DNA of 32,000 nt from Raphidiopsis brookii D9 (GTDB lineage Bacteria; Cyanobacteriota; Cyanobacteriia; Cyanobacteriales; Nostocaceae). The stretch lies in contig ACYB01000011.1 in NCBI GenBank assembly GCA_000175855.1, forward strand, positions 39,801 through 71,800, written 5' to 3'. Under the pieces are notes generated by a model that was given only the letters and a program-made list of their open reading frames with translations, was not told the origin of the DNA and ran no database searches. Made by a program: the position numbers and the translations under genes. Positions 9,132-20,319 of this stretch are shown one piece after another; position 1 is the first letter of the stretch; every line of letters starts with the position of its first letter.

Positions 9132-10499
9132 ATGTCTGGATTTTGGCATCAAACTTCCCGTCGCAGATTCATTACCACTGCTGGTGTTGCTGCGGGCGCA
9201 GTACTAATTAAAGGGTGTTTAGGAAACCCACCAGAAAGAGGTGCAGGGTCTAGCTCTCAAAGTCAACAAGTAGAAGCAGCAAATTTAACACCAGAGATCA
9301 CACCAGAAACCACCAAAGTTAAATTAGGATATCTTCCCATTGTAGAAGCTGCACCACTAATTATTGCCCAGGAATTAGGTTTCTTTAAAAGATGGGGAAT
9401 GACCGAAGTTGAACTTGCCAAACAAGCATCTTGGGGTTCCATGCGAGACAACACGGAAATTGGCTCTGCAGGGGGAGGTGTAGACGGTGGGCAATATCAA
9501 ATGCCCATGCCACACTTAATCACTGAGGGGCTAATTACAAAGGGAAATACAAAAATACCCATGTATCTACTAGCCCAATTGAACACACAAGGTAACGGCA
9601 TTGCAATTGCTAGCAAGCACGCAGGCAAGCAGGTCCATCTTGACCTATCTAAAGGAGGAAAAGCAGTTTTTGATAAATTAAAATCAACCCCATCACCTTT
9701 TACAGCGGCATTTACATTTGGGAAAGTTAACCAGGAATTTTGGTTGCGGTACTGGTTAGCAGCAGGAGGCGTAAATCCTGACACTGATGTGAAATTAATT
9801 CCAGTACCTACTGCTCAGACGGTAGCCAATATGAGAACTGGAACTGTGGATGCTTTCAGTACAGGAGATCCTTGGCCATATAGAATTGTTAAAGACAAGA
9901 TTGGTTTTATCTCCGCGCTGACTGCCCAAATATGGAAAAATCATCCTGAAGAATACCTTGCAATTAGAGGAGAGTGGGTAGATGCTAACCCAAAAGCTAC
10001 AAAAGCGATTTTAAAAGCAGTTATGGAAGCCCAGCAGTGGTTAGATAAGTTTGAAAACAGAGAAACTGCGGCCAACATTTTAGGACGGACTAACTACTAT
10101 AACATATCACCCTCCTTCCTGACAGACCCCTTCCAGGGTAACTATGATATGGGGGATGGTCAGAAAGTTAACGATAAATCCATGGCAGTGTTATATTGGA
10201 AGGATGAAAGAGGTAGTGTTTCCTACCCATATAAGAGTCATGACCTGTGGTTTTTAACTGAAAGTATTCGTTGGGGATTCCTACCAGCAGAATATCTAGA
10301 TAAATCAGAGGATCTGATCAACAGAGTTAACAAAGAAAATATATGGCGAGAAGCTGCTAAGGAATTGGGCATACCTGATGCTGATATTCCTACTAGCACC
10401 TCCCGTGGTTTAGAAAAGTTCTTTGATGGTATTACATTTGATCCGTCAGATCCTCGTGGCTACTTAAAGGGGTTGAAAATCAAAAAGATAAATATTTGA
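9132..10499 (+). CDS. cmpA: ABC transporter substrate-binding lipoprotein, CmpA (bicarbonate)-like
   Basis: Lipobox-like ...[82 protein letters not shown] and [16 protein letters not shown] agree with remembered CmpA sequence better than with NrtA. Confidence 0.78.
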   Translation: MSGFWHQTSRRRFITTAGVAAGAVLIKGCLGNPPERGAGSSSQSQQVEAANLTPEITPETTKVKLGYLPIVEAAPLIIAQELGFFKRWGMTEVELAKQASWGSMRDNTEIGSAGGGVDGGQYQMPMPHLITEGLITKGNTKIPMYLLAQLNTQGNGIAIASKHAGKQVHLDLSKGGKAVFDKLKSTPSPFTAAFTFGKVNQEFWLRYWLAAGGVNPDTDVKLIPVPTAQTVANMRTGTVDAFSTGDPWPYRIVKDKIGFISALTAQIWKNHPEEYLAIRGEWVDANPKATKAILKAVMEAQQWLDKFENRETAANILGRTNYYNISPSFLTDPFQGNYDMGDGQKVNDKSMAVLYWKDERGSVSYPYKSHDLWFLTESIRWGFLPAEYLDKSEDLINRVNKENIWREAAKELGIPDADIPTSTSRGLEKFFDGITFDPSDPRGYLKGLKIKKINI

Positions 10500-10547
10500 T
10501 TGCTTTGATCACTAACTAAAATCTACAAAGTACAAAAGGATACAAAA

Positions 10548-11387
10548 ATGACAACAGTAACCGCCAAACGTCGTAGCAGTAATAATGGTTCCGAGAATTT
10601 TATCCTGGCATTTATCAATAAACAGATGCCAGAAATTCTACCTCCGCTTATTGCCATAGTTGCCTTTTTGGTTGTTTGGCAGGTATTTTCTCTGACAGGT
10701 GGTACTTTACCTGGGCCAATTCAAGTTGTACAAGATACTTGGGAATTAATTATTTACCCATTTTATGATCGAGGTGGGATTGACAAAGGTTTATTTTGGC
10801 AAGTTTTTGCCAGTTTACAAAGGGTGGCTATTAGTTACACATTAGCTGCTGTGGTAGGGATAGGTTTAGGAATTCTAATTGGTGTAAATACCACCATGTC
10901 CAAGGCCTTAGATCCCCTATTTCAATTGCTAAGAACCGTACCACCCTTAGCTTGGGTACCTATTTCTTTAGCTGCGTTAAGACAGAATGAACCAGCAGCA
11001 TTGTTCGTAATTTTTATCACCTCTCTTTGGCCGATTCTCATTAATACTGCTGTTGGTGTTAAGGAAATACCTGTCGATTATAATAATGTGGCTAAGGTCT
11101 TACAACTTTCCCAAAAAGAGTATTTCTTCAACGTCTTGATTCCCGCAGCGTTACCCTACATTTTCACCGGGTTAAGAATTTCCATTGGTTTAGCATGGTT
11201 GGCGATTATCGCAGCAGAAATCGTCATGTCTGGTATTGTTGGTATAGGATTCTTTATTTGGGATTCTTATCAAGCTAACAAGGTGAGTGAAGTGATCTTA
11301 GCCCTGGTTTACATTGGAGTTGTAGGTTTATTGCTGGATAAATTCATGGCTTGGTTACAAACAAGAATTTTACCAGAACAAAAATAG
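10548..11387 (+). CDS. cmpB: ABC transporter permease, CmpB/NrtB family
   Basis: 279 aa membrane protein with the ABC permease signature GLRISIGLAWLAIIAAEIVMSGIVGIGFFIWDS; it sits between cmpA- and cmpC-like genes. Confidence 0.75.
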   Translation: MTTVTAKRRSSNNGSENFILAFINKQMPEILPPLIAIVAFLVVWQVFSLTGGTLPGPIQVVQDTWELIIYPFYDRGGIDKGLFWQVFASLQRVAISYTLAAVVGIGLGILIGVNTTMSKALDPLFQLLRTVPPLAWVPISLAALRQNEPAALFVIFITSLWPILINTAVGVKEIPVDYNNVAKVLQLSQKEYFFNVLIPAALPYIFTGLRISIGLAWLAIIAAEIVMSGIVGIGFFIWDSYQANKVSEVILALVYIGVVGLLLDKFMAWLQTRILPEQK

Positions 11388-11437
11388 TTGCTGACTTTTT
11401 CTTACCCATTTTTATCCACAATTCACAACCTAAACCT

Positions 11438-13441
11438 ATGTCTGTATTTGTTGCTGTTGATCAAATTGACAAAGTCTTTGAACTAAGTAATGGCGGTCAA
11501 TATATTGCCCTCAAAGGTATTGACCTACAAATCAAAAAGGGTGAATTTGTCTCTCTGATTGGCCACTCTGGTTGTGGTAAATCCACACTCCTGAATATGA
11601 TTGCTGGGTTGGATTTACCCACAGAGGGCTTAGTTACCCTGGAAGGACAAAGAATTAAAAAGCCTGGTCCAGATAGAATGGTAGTATTTCAAAACTACTC
11701 TCTATTACCATGGCGAACCGTGAGAGAAAATATTGCCCTAGCAGTAGATTCGGTCCTAAGTGGAATGCCAGCAGGAGAACGTAAATCTGTTGTTCAAAGA
11801 CATATAGATATGGTAGGTTTAGGTCCCCATGCAGACAAACAACCATCGATGTTATCAGGTGGACAAAAACAAAGAGTGGCGATCGCCCGTGCTTTAGCAA
11901 TCCGACCTAAATTGTTACTTTTAGATGAACCTTTTGGCGCATTAGATGCACTAACCAGGGGAAATTTGCAAGAACAATTAATGCAAATTTGTGAAGAGAA
12001 TCAGGTAACTGCGGTAATGGTGACCCATGACGTGGATGAAGCTGTGTTATTATCAGATAGAATCGTCATGTTAACCAACGGACCGGAGTCCAAAATTGGG
12101 GATATTTTAGAAGTAGATATTCCACGTCCTCGTAAACGGATGGAAGTAGTAGAGCATCCCAGTTACTACACCTTACGTAGCGAGATGATTTACTTCCTCA
12201 ACCAACAAAAAAGGATCAAGAAACTGCGGGCCAGAAAAACTCCCAATATTGCCCGTCACGGCTTAGAAAAAGTCAATTTGGAAGTTGGCTTTTTGCCGAT
12301 TACAGCCTGCGCGCCCTTAGCAATAGCCCAAGAAAAGGGCTTGTTTGCCAAACATGGTTTAGAAGAAGTTCATTTAGTCAGAGAAAGTAATTGGCGAGGT
12401 ATTGTTGATGGTATTATTGGCGGTTATTTAGATGCTGCTCAAATGCCATCAGGTATGCCCATGTGGTTATCTTTGGGGGGTAATAAAAGTCAACCTCTAC
12501 CAATTGTCACCTCCTTAACCATGACTCGTAATGGTAATGCTATTACCCTGGCTAAAAGATTTTATGAACAGGGGATATATACTCTCTCTGATTTCAAATC
12601 ATATCTGTTACAAACCCGAGAGCAGATGCACCGCATGGGAGTAGTACATCCAGCATCAATGCACAATTTACTGTTGCGTTATTGGTTAGCAGCAGGGGGA
12701 ATTGATCCAGATGTAGATGTGGAGATGAAAAATATTCCCCCCGCCCAAATGGTGGTAGATTTAAAGGCTAAAACTATTGATGGTTATTGTGTGGGAGAAC
12801 CTTGGAATTATCGTGCTGCTATTGAAGGTTCAGGTTTTACCATAGCCACAGATTTAGAGGTTTGGCTGGGACATCCCGGTAAGGTATTAGGTGTGAGAGA
12901 GGATTGGGCTAATGCTTATCCTAATAGCCATATCGCCTTAACAAAAGCCTTGTTGGAAGCGTGTAAATATTGTGCAGATCATAATAATGCACAAGAGGTA
13001 AGAGCAATATTAGCCAGTCGGGAATATGTGAACACCGATATTGATTTTATTCAGGTTGAAGATCCAATTAGTAATACTTGTGATTTGGATCATCCTATGC
13101 GTGAGTATGCCCACCATCAATTTTATGGTGACTCAGCAATTAATCGTCCTAGCAGGACTGAACAAACTTGGATTATGACCCAGTTGGCCAGATGGGGTGA
13201 AACTCCTTTTCCTCGCAACTGGGTAGAAATTGTGGAAAGAGTTTGTCGTGTGGGTGTATTTAGTACCGCCGCTAGGGAATTGGGTTTGGATATCAGTTAT
13301 ACCCGTCAACCCATTCACTTGTTTGATGGCAAACCTTTTAATGCTGATGATCCTTTTGCCTATCTTAATGGTCTAGAAATTAAACGAGATTTTTCTGTTG
13401 CAGAAGTGATTCTAGACATGAACAGAAAATTTGTAGCCTAG
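11438..13441 (+). CDS. cmpC: ABC transporter ATPase fused to a substrate-binding-like domain, CmpC/NrtC family
   Basis: Walker A GHSGCGKST, signature LSGGQKQR and Walker B LLLLDEP, then a C-terminal solute-binding-like domain (LEVGFLPITACAPLAIAQEKGLFAKHGLEEV...). Confidence 0.78.
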   Translation: MSVFVAVDQIDKVFELSNGGQYIALKGIDLQIKKGEFVSLIGHSGCGKSTLLNMIAGLDLPTEGLVTLEGQRIKKPGPDRMVVFQNYSLLPWRTVRENIALAVDSVLSGMPAGERKSVVQRHIDMVGLGPHADKQPSMLSGGQKQRVAIARALAIRPKLLLLDEPFGALDALTRGNLQEQLMQICEENQVTAVMVTHDVDEAVLLSDRIVMLTNGPESKIGDILEVDIPRPRKRMEVVEHPSYYTLRSEMIYFLNQQKRIKKLRARKTPNIARHGLEKVNLEVGFLPITACAPLAIAQEKGLFAKHGLEEVHLVRESNWRGIVDGIIGGYLDAAQMPSGMPMWLSLGGNKSQPLPIVTSLTMTRNGNAITLAKRFYEQGIYTLSDFKSYLLQTREQMHRMGVVHPASMHNLLLRYWLAAGGIDPDVDVEMKNIPPAQMVVDLKAKTIDGYCVGEPWNYRAAIEGSGFTIATDLEVWLGHPGKVLGVREDWANAYPNSHIALTKALLEACKYCADHNNAQEVRAILASREYVNTDIDFIQVEDPISNTCDLDHPMREYAHHQFYGDSAINRPSRTEQTWIMTQLARWGETPFPRNWVEIVERVCRVGVFSTAARELGLDISYTRQPIHLFDGKPFNADDPFAYLNGLEIKRDFSVAEVILDMNRKFVA

Positions 13442-13487
13442 ATATTTCTAGATAGTTGTTCAACCATTTACCCCCGGGAAAAATCAG

Positions 13488-14306
13488 ATGACATCCTCTA
13501 CTCAACTTCGTAACCATCAATCCTTCCTCAAAATTGAAAATGTCACTAAAATCTATCCAACTAAAAAAGGACCTTTTACTGTTTTAGACGGAATAAATTT
13601 AGATGTCCAAAAGGGCGAGTTTATTTGTGTGATTGGCCACTCCGGTTGTGGCAAATCTACCTTACTAAATATGGTGTCTGGTTTTAATACTCCTACCACG
13701 GGTCAGGTGTTATTAGAGGGACAACCCATAGTTAAACCCGGTCCCGATCGCATGGTGGTATTCCAGAACTACGCCCTTCTACCTTGGCGGACTGCATTTG
13801 AGAATATTTACTTGGCTGTAAACGCAGTTTATCCAACTAAACCGGAAGCGGAAAAGCGTGCTATTGTCAGAGAGCATTTAACCATGGTCGGATTGTCCGA
13901 TGCTATGGAGAAAAAACCCCCCCAAATGTCTGGAGGTATGAGACAGCGGGTTTCTATTGCACGCGCTTTAGCTATTCGTCCCAAGGTTCTAATTTTAGAT
14001 GAACCCTTTGGCGCTCTGGATGCTATCACTAAGGAAGAATTGCAGGAGGAGTTATTAAAAATCTGGAATGAAAACCGTTGTACTGTGTTAATGATTACCC
14101 ATGACATTGATGAGGCTTTGTTTTTAGCTGATAAGTTGGTCATGATGACTAATGGACCCCATGCTAAAATTGGGGAGGTGATGGAAATTCCTTTTGCACG
14201 ACCACGTGAGCGGACTCTGATTATGGAAGATCCTCAGTATTATCAACTGCGTAACTATGCTTTAGACTTCTTGTTTAATCGCTTTGCTCATGATGATGTT
14301 GGTTAG
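13488..14306 (+). CDS. cmpD: ABC transporter ATPase, CmpD/NrtD family
   Basis: 272 aa with GHSGCGKSTLLN, MSGGMRQRVSIARAL and VLILDEPFGALD; last gene of the cluster. Confidence 0.78.
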   Translation: MTSSTQLRNHQSFLKIENVTKIYPTKKGPFTVLDGINLDVQKGEFICVIGHSGCGKSTLLNMVSGFNTPTTGQVLLEGQPIVKPGPDRMVVFQNYALLPWRTAFENIYLAVNAVYPTKPEAEKRAIVREHLTMVGLSDAMEKKPPQMSGGMRQRVSIARALAIRPKVLILDEPFGALDAITKEELQEELLKIWNENRCTVLMITHDIDEALFLADKLVMMTNGPHAKIGEVMEIPFARPRERTLIMEDPQYYQLRNYALDFLFNRFAHDDVG

Positions 14307-14383
14307 GATGAGTTTGATAGGGGGAATTAAGCAAATGTTATATTTGATCGTTCCCCGTTCTTTAAATACCCAACCCCTGAACA

Positions 14384-14977
14384 ATGCGCTTGACCTTTTC
14401 TGAGGAAATAAAATCTTTGCTACAGCGTCTGGCACACCAACCTCTAACCCTGGGTGATGTGCTGGAAACAACCTCCCAACGCGGATTCATTCTAGTCATT
14501 GCTTTATTGGTTTTACCATTCTTGTTCCCTATGCCACCCGGACTCACGGGTCCTCTTGGCTCCGCTTGTTTGCTCTTATCATTGCAAATGCTTTTGGGCA
14601 GGCGATCGCCCTGGTTACCAAAAAAAATTGCCAATTATCAATTTCCCCGGGTTTTTGCCCAAACTATTCTCCAGAACCTAAGTAGGGTCACCAGGTTGTT
14701 AGAAAAAATTGCCCGTCCTCGGTTGACAAAATTGGCAAATCATGATATCACTTGGAGGTGTAACGGTTTTTGTATTTCCTGGTTGGCTATTTTACTTATT
14801 TCTCCTGTACCTTTGACTAATCCCATACCCACCATTGGCATTTTACTGTTTGCTGCAGCTAGTATAGAGTCAGATGGCTTACTTATATGTATTTGCTATG
14901 TGTTAACACTATTAATCACCCTAATTTTCTACCTCATTGTCTATGGGGTTTTACAGTTCCCTGGTTTGATTACATGA
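14384..14977 (+). CDS. ExoD-family membrane protein (exopolysaccharide synthesis)
   Basis: 197 aa with LTLGDVLETTSQRGFILVIALLVLPFLFPMPPGLTGPLGSACLLLSLQMLLGRRSPWLPKKI, typical of the ExoD family. Confidence 0.75.
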   Translation: MRLTFSEEIKSLLQRLAHQPLTLGDVLETTSQRGFILVIALLVLPFLFPMPPGLTGPLGSACLLLSLQMLLGRRSPWLPKKIANYQFPRVFAQTILQNLSRVTRLLEKIARPRLTKLANHDITWRCNGFCISWLAILLISPVPLTNPIPTIGILLFAAASIESDGLLICICYVLTLLITLIFYLIVYGVLQFPGLIT

Positions 14978-15027
14978 AGGTTACTGGTGCTATTGACATT
15001 TATTACTTAACGAGTATGAAAATAAAC

Positions 15028-15048
15028 CCCCCAGTTATTAGCTGGGGG
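15028..15048. terminator. G/C-rich hairpin CCCCCAG-(7)-CTGGGGG; possible terminator but no following T run
   Basis: 7 bp perfect stem about 50 bp after the exoD-like stop codon. Confidence 0.35.
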
Positions 15049-15164
15049 TAGTATGTAATCAAAGGTGCATCTACTGGTTTGATTATTCCTAGGTAATAAC
15101 ATCGAATCCGGAAAATTTATTATTCCAGGATTTAAGATATATAACTTGGTTACCTATGGCACTA

Positions 15165-15183
15165 GTTGCTAAAAGTTAGCAAC
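15165..15183. promoter_or_regulatory. Perfect hairpin GTTGCTAA-AAG-TTAGCAAC upstream of uppP
   Basis: 8 bp arms with a 3 nt loop, about 85 bp before the uppP start. Confidence 0.35.
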
Positions 15184-15266
15184 TGTATAACTAGTTAATT
15201 ACCTTCCTAATGTCCAACCAGTTTACACCTTGTTAGGATAAAAGCTATATTTTAACGGTCTAATTC

Positions 15267-16172
15267 ATGAGTATAATCCTGGAAACAACTAACGAGTTAC
15301 TATTACTACCTCTGATTGCCGCAGCCGAGAACAGCAATCAAATTAATCCTGAGTGGTTCCAGGCGTTTGTTTTAGGGATAGTTCAAGGCATTACCGAATT
15401 TTTACCGATTAGTAGCACAGCTCACCTATTAATTTTTACTAAAGTATTTGGTTGGAAAGAGTTAGGTGCTAAAGACTTTGTTGATGCGATTCAATTTGGC
15501 AGTGTGATAGCAATCTTATTGTATTTTCGGTCATTGATTGCCAGTATTATTCGGGGAGCAGTGGAAGGGTTCCAGGATAAAGACTGGCAAAGAGAAGAGT
15601 GGAAAATTGTAATAGGTATTGCTGTTGGAACCATACCAGCACTGGTTCTTGGTTTTTTCTTAAAGGACATTTTGCCCGAAAGCGCCTTAATTATTGGCAC
15701 AATGTCAGTAGTCATGGCTATTTTACTGGGATTGGCTGAAAAAATTGGCGATCGCAAACGGGGATTTGATCATTTGCAAATTCGAGATGGTATTTTAGTA
15801 GGGATAGGACAATCCCTGGCTTTAATTCCCGGGGTTTCCCGTTCTGGTTCTACATTGACCACAGCCTTGTTTTTAGGACTAGAAAGGGACACAGCGGCAA
15901 AATTTTCATTTTTATTAGGTTTTCCCACCTTGACCATAGCCACCCTATACAAGAGCTTAAAAATATTTCATCTCTTTCAAGAGGGGCAATTACCAGAGAA
16001 CATAGTTTTGTTATTGATTATAGGAATTATCTCGACCTTTATTTTTTCATACCTGTCAATTGCATTTTTAATTCGTTATTTACAAACCAAGGATACTTTT
16101 ATCTTTGTTTGGTATAGACTAGCTTTTGGTGGAACAATTTTGTTGGCACTTGCTAATGGTTGGCAGGGGTGA
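15267..16172 (+). CDS. uppP: Undecaprenyl-diphosphatase (BacA/UppP)
   Basis: 301 aa with LGIVQGITEFLPISSTAHL and LIPGVSRSGSTLTTALFLGLERDTAAKFSFLLGFP. Confidence 0.95.
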   Translation: MSIILETTNELLLLPLIAAAENSNQINPEWFQAFVLGIVQGITEFLPISSTAHLLIFTKVFGWKELGAKDFVDAIQFGSVIAILLYFRSLIASIIRGAVEGFQDKDWQREEWKIVIGIAVGTIPALVLGFFLKDILPESALIIGTMSVVMAILLGLAEKIGDRKRGFDHLQIRDGILVGIGQSLALIPGVSRSGSTLTTALFLGLERDTAAKFSFLLGFPTLTIATLYKSLKIFHLFQEGQLPENIVLLLIIGIISTFIFSYLSIAFLIRYLQTKDTFIFVWYRLAFGGTILLALANGWQG

Positions 16173-16227
16173 TCAAAACTTAGATTATAGATATGCTTGG
16201 ACTAAAATAAAGCTGTTAAAAATTATC

Positions 16228-17550
16228 ATGTCTGACATTAAACCGGCGAAAATTACCAGTGTTATAGGCGAATCCATTGCTGCTGAAGTTGGATTTGAAG
16301 CGGGTGATGCTATTGTGAGTATTAACGGGATTAGACCTCGTGATTTAATAGATTATCAGTTTTTGTGTGCAGATGAAATTTTGGAAATAGAAGTATTAGA
16401 TAAACATGGTAAAATTCATCAAGTTGAAATTGAGAAAGACTATGACCAAGACCTAGGAATAGAATTTGCTACAGCTTTATTTGATAACTTAATTCAATGT
16501 AATAATCACTGTCCCTTTTGTTTTATTGACCAGCAACCACAGGGTAAACGCTCCAGCTTATATTTAAAGGATGATGATTATCGTTTAAGTTTCTTGTATG
16601 GTTCCTATTTAACCCTGACCAATTTACCTGCAAGAGAATGGCAAAGAATTGAGCAAATGAGACTATCACCCTTATATGTTTCAGTTCATGCAACAGAACC
16701 AGAAATAAGAATTAGACTCTTAAAAAATAGTCGAGCTGGAGAGATTCTACAGCAAATTAAATGGTTTCAAGCAAGACGCTTACAAATTCATGCTCAGGTA
16801 GTAGTTTGTCCTGGAATTAATGATGGTTCGCACCTGGAAAGAACACTAAGAGATTTAGCATCCTTTTATGCGGAGAAAGTGCCCACAGTAGCATCAGTAG
16901 CAGTAGTTCCTGTGGGTTTAACCAAATTTCGTCCCCCACAAGATGAGTTGATTCCTGTAACCAGGGAAAAAGCCAGGGAAGTAATAGGTCAGGTAGAAAT
17001 GCTTAGTCGAGAATTTAAGCGGAAATATGATTCTCGGGTAATTTGGTTAGCGGATGAATGGTTTTTAATAGGTGGTGAGGAATTACCAGCACAGGAGGAG
17101 TATGAAGAATATCCACAAATAGATAATGGTGTAGGTTCCATAAGATTATTTATGAAGGAATTTAATCAGGTAGCAAATAAATTACTACCGGCAAAAATTT
17201 ATCCTGAGAAAACATTAACTTGGGTAGTGGGAAATGCGGTAGAGAAAGCATTTACCCCCCTGGTTGATAGGTTAAATAGGGTTGAAGGTTTAAGGGTGAA
17301 TATGGTTGCACTATATAGTGACTATTGGGGACAAGATATCACCGTTACCGGGTTATTAACTGGACATGATTTACTATACCACCTGAAAGGGAAGAATTTA
17401 GGTGATAGTTTATTATTACCCACCATCATGCTCAAACATGGTGAATTAGTATTTTTAGATGATATGACAGTAGCACAGGTGTCTCAGGAATTGAATGTTA
17501 GGATATTACCAGTTGCAGGAGTAGAAGATTTAATGGAGGAAGTTAGCTAG
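16228..17550 (+). CDS. DUF512 / radical-SAM-like protein with N-terminal PDZ-like domain
   Basis: IGESIAAEVGFEAGDAIVSINGIRPRDLIDY (PDZ-like), CNNHCPFCFIDQQP (CxxxCxxC Fe-S motif) and SVHATEPEIRIRLLKN. The ATG at 16228 is preferred over the track start at 16126. Confidence 0.85.
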   Translation: MSDIKPAKITSVIGESIAAEVGFEAGDAIVSINGIRPRDLIDYQFLCADEILEIEVLDKHGKIHQVEIEKDYDQDLGIEFATALFDNLIQCNNHCPFCFIDQQPQGKRSSLYLKDDDYRLSFLYGSYLTLTNLPAREWQRIEQMRLSPLYVSVHATEPEIRIRLLKNSRAGEILQQIKWFQARRLQIHAQVVVCPGINDGSHLERTLRDLASFYAEKVPTVASVAVVPVGLTKFRPPQDELIPVTREKAREVIGQVEMLSREFKRKYDSRVIWLADEWFLIGGEELPAQEEYEEYPQIDNGVGSIRLFMKEFNQVANKLLPAKIYPEKTLTWVVGNAVEKAFTPLVDRLNRVEGLRVNMVALYSDYWGQDITVTGLLTGHDLLYHLKGKNLGDSLLLPTIMLKHGELVFLDDMTVAQVSQELNVRILPVAGVEDLMEEVS

Positions 17551-17646
17551 TTAATCCTTCACTAAATTTTAGCAACTTAAGATTTATAAGAATAAGAAGT
17601 TTACAAAAAAATCCCTGGTTTACCAGGGAGTGTCAATGCATACTAA

Positions 17647-18834
17647 CTAAACTCTCACATTGTCAGCAAAGCGAATTTTCAGGTAGTCACCCTCCATTTT
17701 TGCTCCCGCAGGTTGAAGAGCAGCTAAAGCTTGGGGTAAAACTAAATTACGTCGGTGATTACCAATAGTAATATTTAATTCATCTCCACTTTTACTTAAT
17801 TGAATCTGACTTTTAGGAATAGTCGGTAAATAAAGTTCCAAGCTGTACTGGTTGTTTTCTTGCACCACTCTAATGGTGGTCTCTCGATAATAAACCTGGG
17901 TGGGATCTTCACCAGGATACAAAGTATCCTTCAGTCTCTCTAATGCAGCTAGACCACACATCTCCTCGGAAAATAAGGGGACTTCCTTCACCGGTAACGG
18001 GAGAAAGTTGTCATGAATTTCTCGTCGATATTGTTCTTGACTTTGTTTCCATCTTAGGAAAAATGGATCCGCAACCTCCTCTGGAATAATCCTATTGGCC
18101 ACAACTAAATCTGTAGCTACATTATATAAACTCAAGTAAGCATGTGCTCGTAATGATTCTTTAATTACCATTTTTTCTGGATTAGTCACTAGTCTAACTG
18201 AGGTTTGAGTGTTATCAGTTAAAACTTTTTCTAAGGCTTCTATTTGCTCATAAAACTCGTATGGTGCATCCATTACCTCCTTATCTGGTAAGGAAAATCC
18301 CGCTATAGGTTTAAAAATCGGCTCTACTAATGGTCTCAGGGCTACTGATATATTTTGAAAAGGTTTATAAAACCGTCTCATGTACCAACCACCAACCTCT
18401 GGTAAACTTAATAGTCTTAAGGCTGTACCAGTAGGAGCAGAGTCTATAATTAAAACATCAAATACCCCTTCATCGTAGTGACGTTTCATTCTCACCAAAC
18501 CGAAAATTTCATCCATCCCCGGTAAGATTGCCAGCTCTTCTGCTTGGATTCCTTCTAAACCCCTAGCTTGTAACACCTGGGTAATATAACGTTTGACTGC
18601 TCCCCAATTACCCTCTAGTTCTTGCAAAGCATCCAGTTCTGCACCCCATAGGTTGGGACGCACTTGTTTTGCATCGTGACCTAACTCTAAATCAAAACTG
18701 TCCGCTAAGGAATGGGCTGGATCTGTACTTAAAACTAATGTTTTATAACCTAGTTCTGCACAACGCAATCCAGTTGCAGCGGCGACGGAAGTTTTACCTA
18801 CTCCACCTTTACCAGTCATTAAAATTACGCGCAT
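17647..18834 (-). CDS. ArsA/Get3-like P-loop ATPase with C-terminal HSP20-like domain
   Basis: [43 protein letters not shown] at the N-terminus. The C-terminal [34 protein letters not shown] resembles the ArsA HSP20-like domain. Confidence 0.88.
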   Translation of the reverse strand: MRVILMTGKGGVGKTSVAAATGLRCAELGYKTLVLSTDPAHSLADSFDLELGHDAKQVRPNLWGAELDALQELEGNWGAVKRYITQVLQARGLEGIQAEELAILPGMDEIFGLVRMKRHYDEGVFDVLIIDSAPTGTALRLLSLPEVGGWYMRRFYKPFQNISVALRPLVEPIFKPIAGFSLPDKEVMDAPYEFYEQIEALEKVLTDNTQTSVRLVTNPEKMVIKESLRAHAYLSLYNVATDLVVANRIIPEEVADPFFLRWKQSQEQYRREIHDNFLPLPVKEVPLFSEEMCGLAALERLKDTLYPGEDPTQVYYRETTIRVVQENNQYSLELYLPTIPKSQIQLSKSGDELNITIGNHRRNLVLPQALAALQPAGAKMEGDYLKIRFADNVRV

Positions 18835-18877
18835 GAATGATTCTGTCCTACCTGAATTTTGTTGACATTTACTCACA

Positions 18878-19270
18878 TTATCCTTTGTTTACGGAAAATA
18901 GGTGTTGTTTTAGTACATCTAAACGTGAACAGTGCCAATAATCTATATGGGAACTAATCAATCCTTGATTATTAAGACTTAATTGAGTCCATCCAGATAT
19001 AGAAATTCTCGGTTTCCAAGGTAGGGATGCATTCCAGCTTAATGTCCATTCAGTCTTAATCATATTTTGGTCTTGTTCGATGTGGTGCAAATCCATCCGT
19101 AAGTTAGTGAAAAATATGTGAATAAATTTAATCATCCACTTGTAAAGTTCTAAACCACGAAATTTAAAAACTGGATCTTGAAAGTAAACATCTAGTGCAT
19201 AAATGCTATAAGTCTGGTCAAGGGGAAATCTTTGGTAATCTGCTTTTAGGGTTTCGATAATGTTCGTCAT
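18878..19270 (-). CDS. DUF2358-family protein
   Basis: 130 aa with [37 protein letters not shown]; SnoaL/NTF2-like in appearance. Confidence 0.7.
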   Translation of the reverse strand: MTNIIETLKADYQRFPLDQTYSIYALDVYFQDPVFKFRGLELYKWMIKFIHIFFTNLRMDLHHIEQDQNMIKTEWTLSWNASLPWKPRISISGWTQLSLNNQGLISSHIDYWHCSRLDVLKQHLFSVNKG

Positions 19271-19296
19271 ACAAATAAAAGTAATAGGTGACCTAA

Positions 19297-20199
19297 CTAC
19301 AAACTCAAATCTGCTTGGGTAATTTCTACATAGATATGTTCTAAACGTAGGGATTGACGGGAAATAGAGTCAATCTCTATACCATCAAATTTAGTCAATA
19401 ATTCTTTTAGTTCTATTGGTTCTGGTAGCAAAAAGGCTAAATCACTCCCATACCGTCGAACAATAAAACCATTTTCCCGACCTACTGATATAGCTGTACT
19501 TTCTTCTTTCGTTTGCATCAAAACAATTTCCTTCCCCGGAACCCGGTTTTTTAATTCTGCTAAACTTCCCTCAGCTAATATCTGACCATTTTTTAAAACC
19601 CCAATCCGACTACAAAGTCTTTCAGCTTCATCTAGTAAGTGAGTAGTTAGCAGTATGGTCATACCTTGATTTTTTAAATTGCGAATTAATTCCCAAATTT
19701 CATATCGAGCTTCAATATCTAGTCCTGTAGTTGGTTCATCAAGAATCAGTAATTGAGGTTGATGTACTAAAGCAACAGCAATGTTTAAACGCCTTTGCAT
19801 GCCACCACTGAGAGTTTCTACAGGACTATCTGCTCTATCTAACAAGTTTACGGATTTCAGGGTGGTCATCACTTGTTTGTGTTTGGTTTTGGAGTCTAAA
19901 CCATAAATCTCAGCAAAAAATCTCAGGTTTTCCGCACAGGAGAGGGTTTTATATAGAATATTTTCCTGGGGAGCAATACCAATAAGTTTTTTTGTAGAAC
20001 CAGAAATTGGCTGATGATTTACTGTGACGTGACCACTATCTGCTTTAAGAAGATTACAAATAATATTAATAGTAGTTGTTTTACCTGCTCCGTTAGCACC
20101 TAGTAAACCATAAACTTCTCCCGGTTGGATGGTAAATGTTAAATTTTGCAGAACTTTGCGGTTTTTGTAGGACTTGTTTAAATTTTTAATTTTAAGCAT
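19297..20199 (-). CDS. ABC transporter ATP-binding protein (ABC-2 exporter type)
   Basis: GLLGANGAGKTTTINI, LSGGMQRRLNIAVALVHQPQLLILDEPTTGLD. Confidence 0.93.
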   Translation of the reverse strand: MLKIKNLNKSYKNRKVLQNLTFTIQPGEVYGLLGANGAGKTTTINIICNLLKADSGHVTVNHQPISGSTKKLIGIAPQENILYKTLSCAENLRFFAEIYGLDSKTKHKQVMTTLKSVNLLDRADSPVETLSGGMQRRLNIAVALVHQPQLLILDEPTTGLDIEARYEIWELIRNLKNQGMTILLTTHLLDEAERLCSRIGVLKNGQILAEGSLAELKNRVPGKEIVLMQTKEESTAISVGRENGFIVRRYGSDLAFLLPEPIELKELLTKFDGIEIDSISRQSLRLEHIYVEITQADLSL

Positions 20200-20319
20200 T
20201 TTGGTAATTGATATTTTTCAGGAATGGGAGCTGGAACCATGCTCCCCCACTTTTGGCTTTAATTCACCAAAGTCAACTCTTTATATAGAAACAGGATATT
20301 TATTTGTGATTATACTGTT

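Noticed and set aside
9263-9784. Two minus-strand ORFs inside cmpA
   Set aside because: Antisense shadows with no family features.
13829-14681. Cluster of overlapping short ORFs around cmpD and exoD
   Set aside because: They overlap stronger ORFs and mirror or shift their codons; no domain support.
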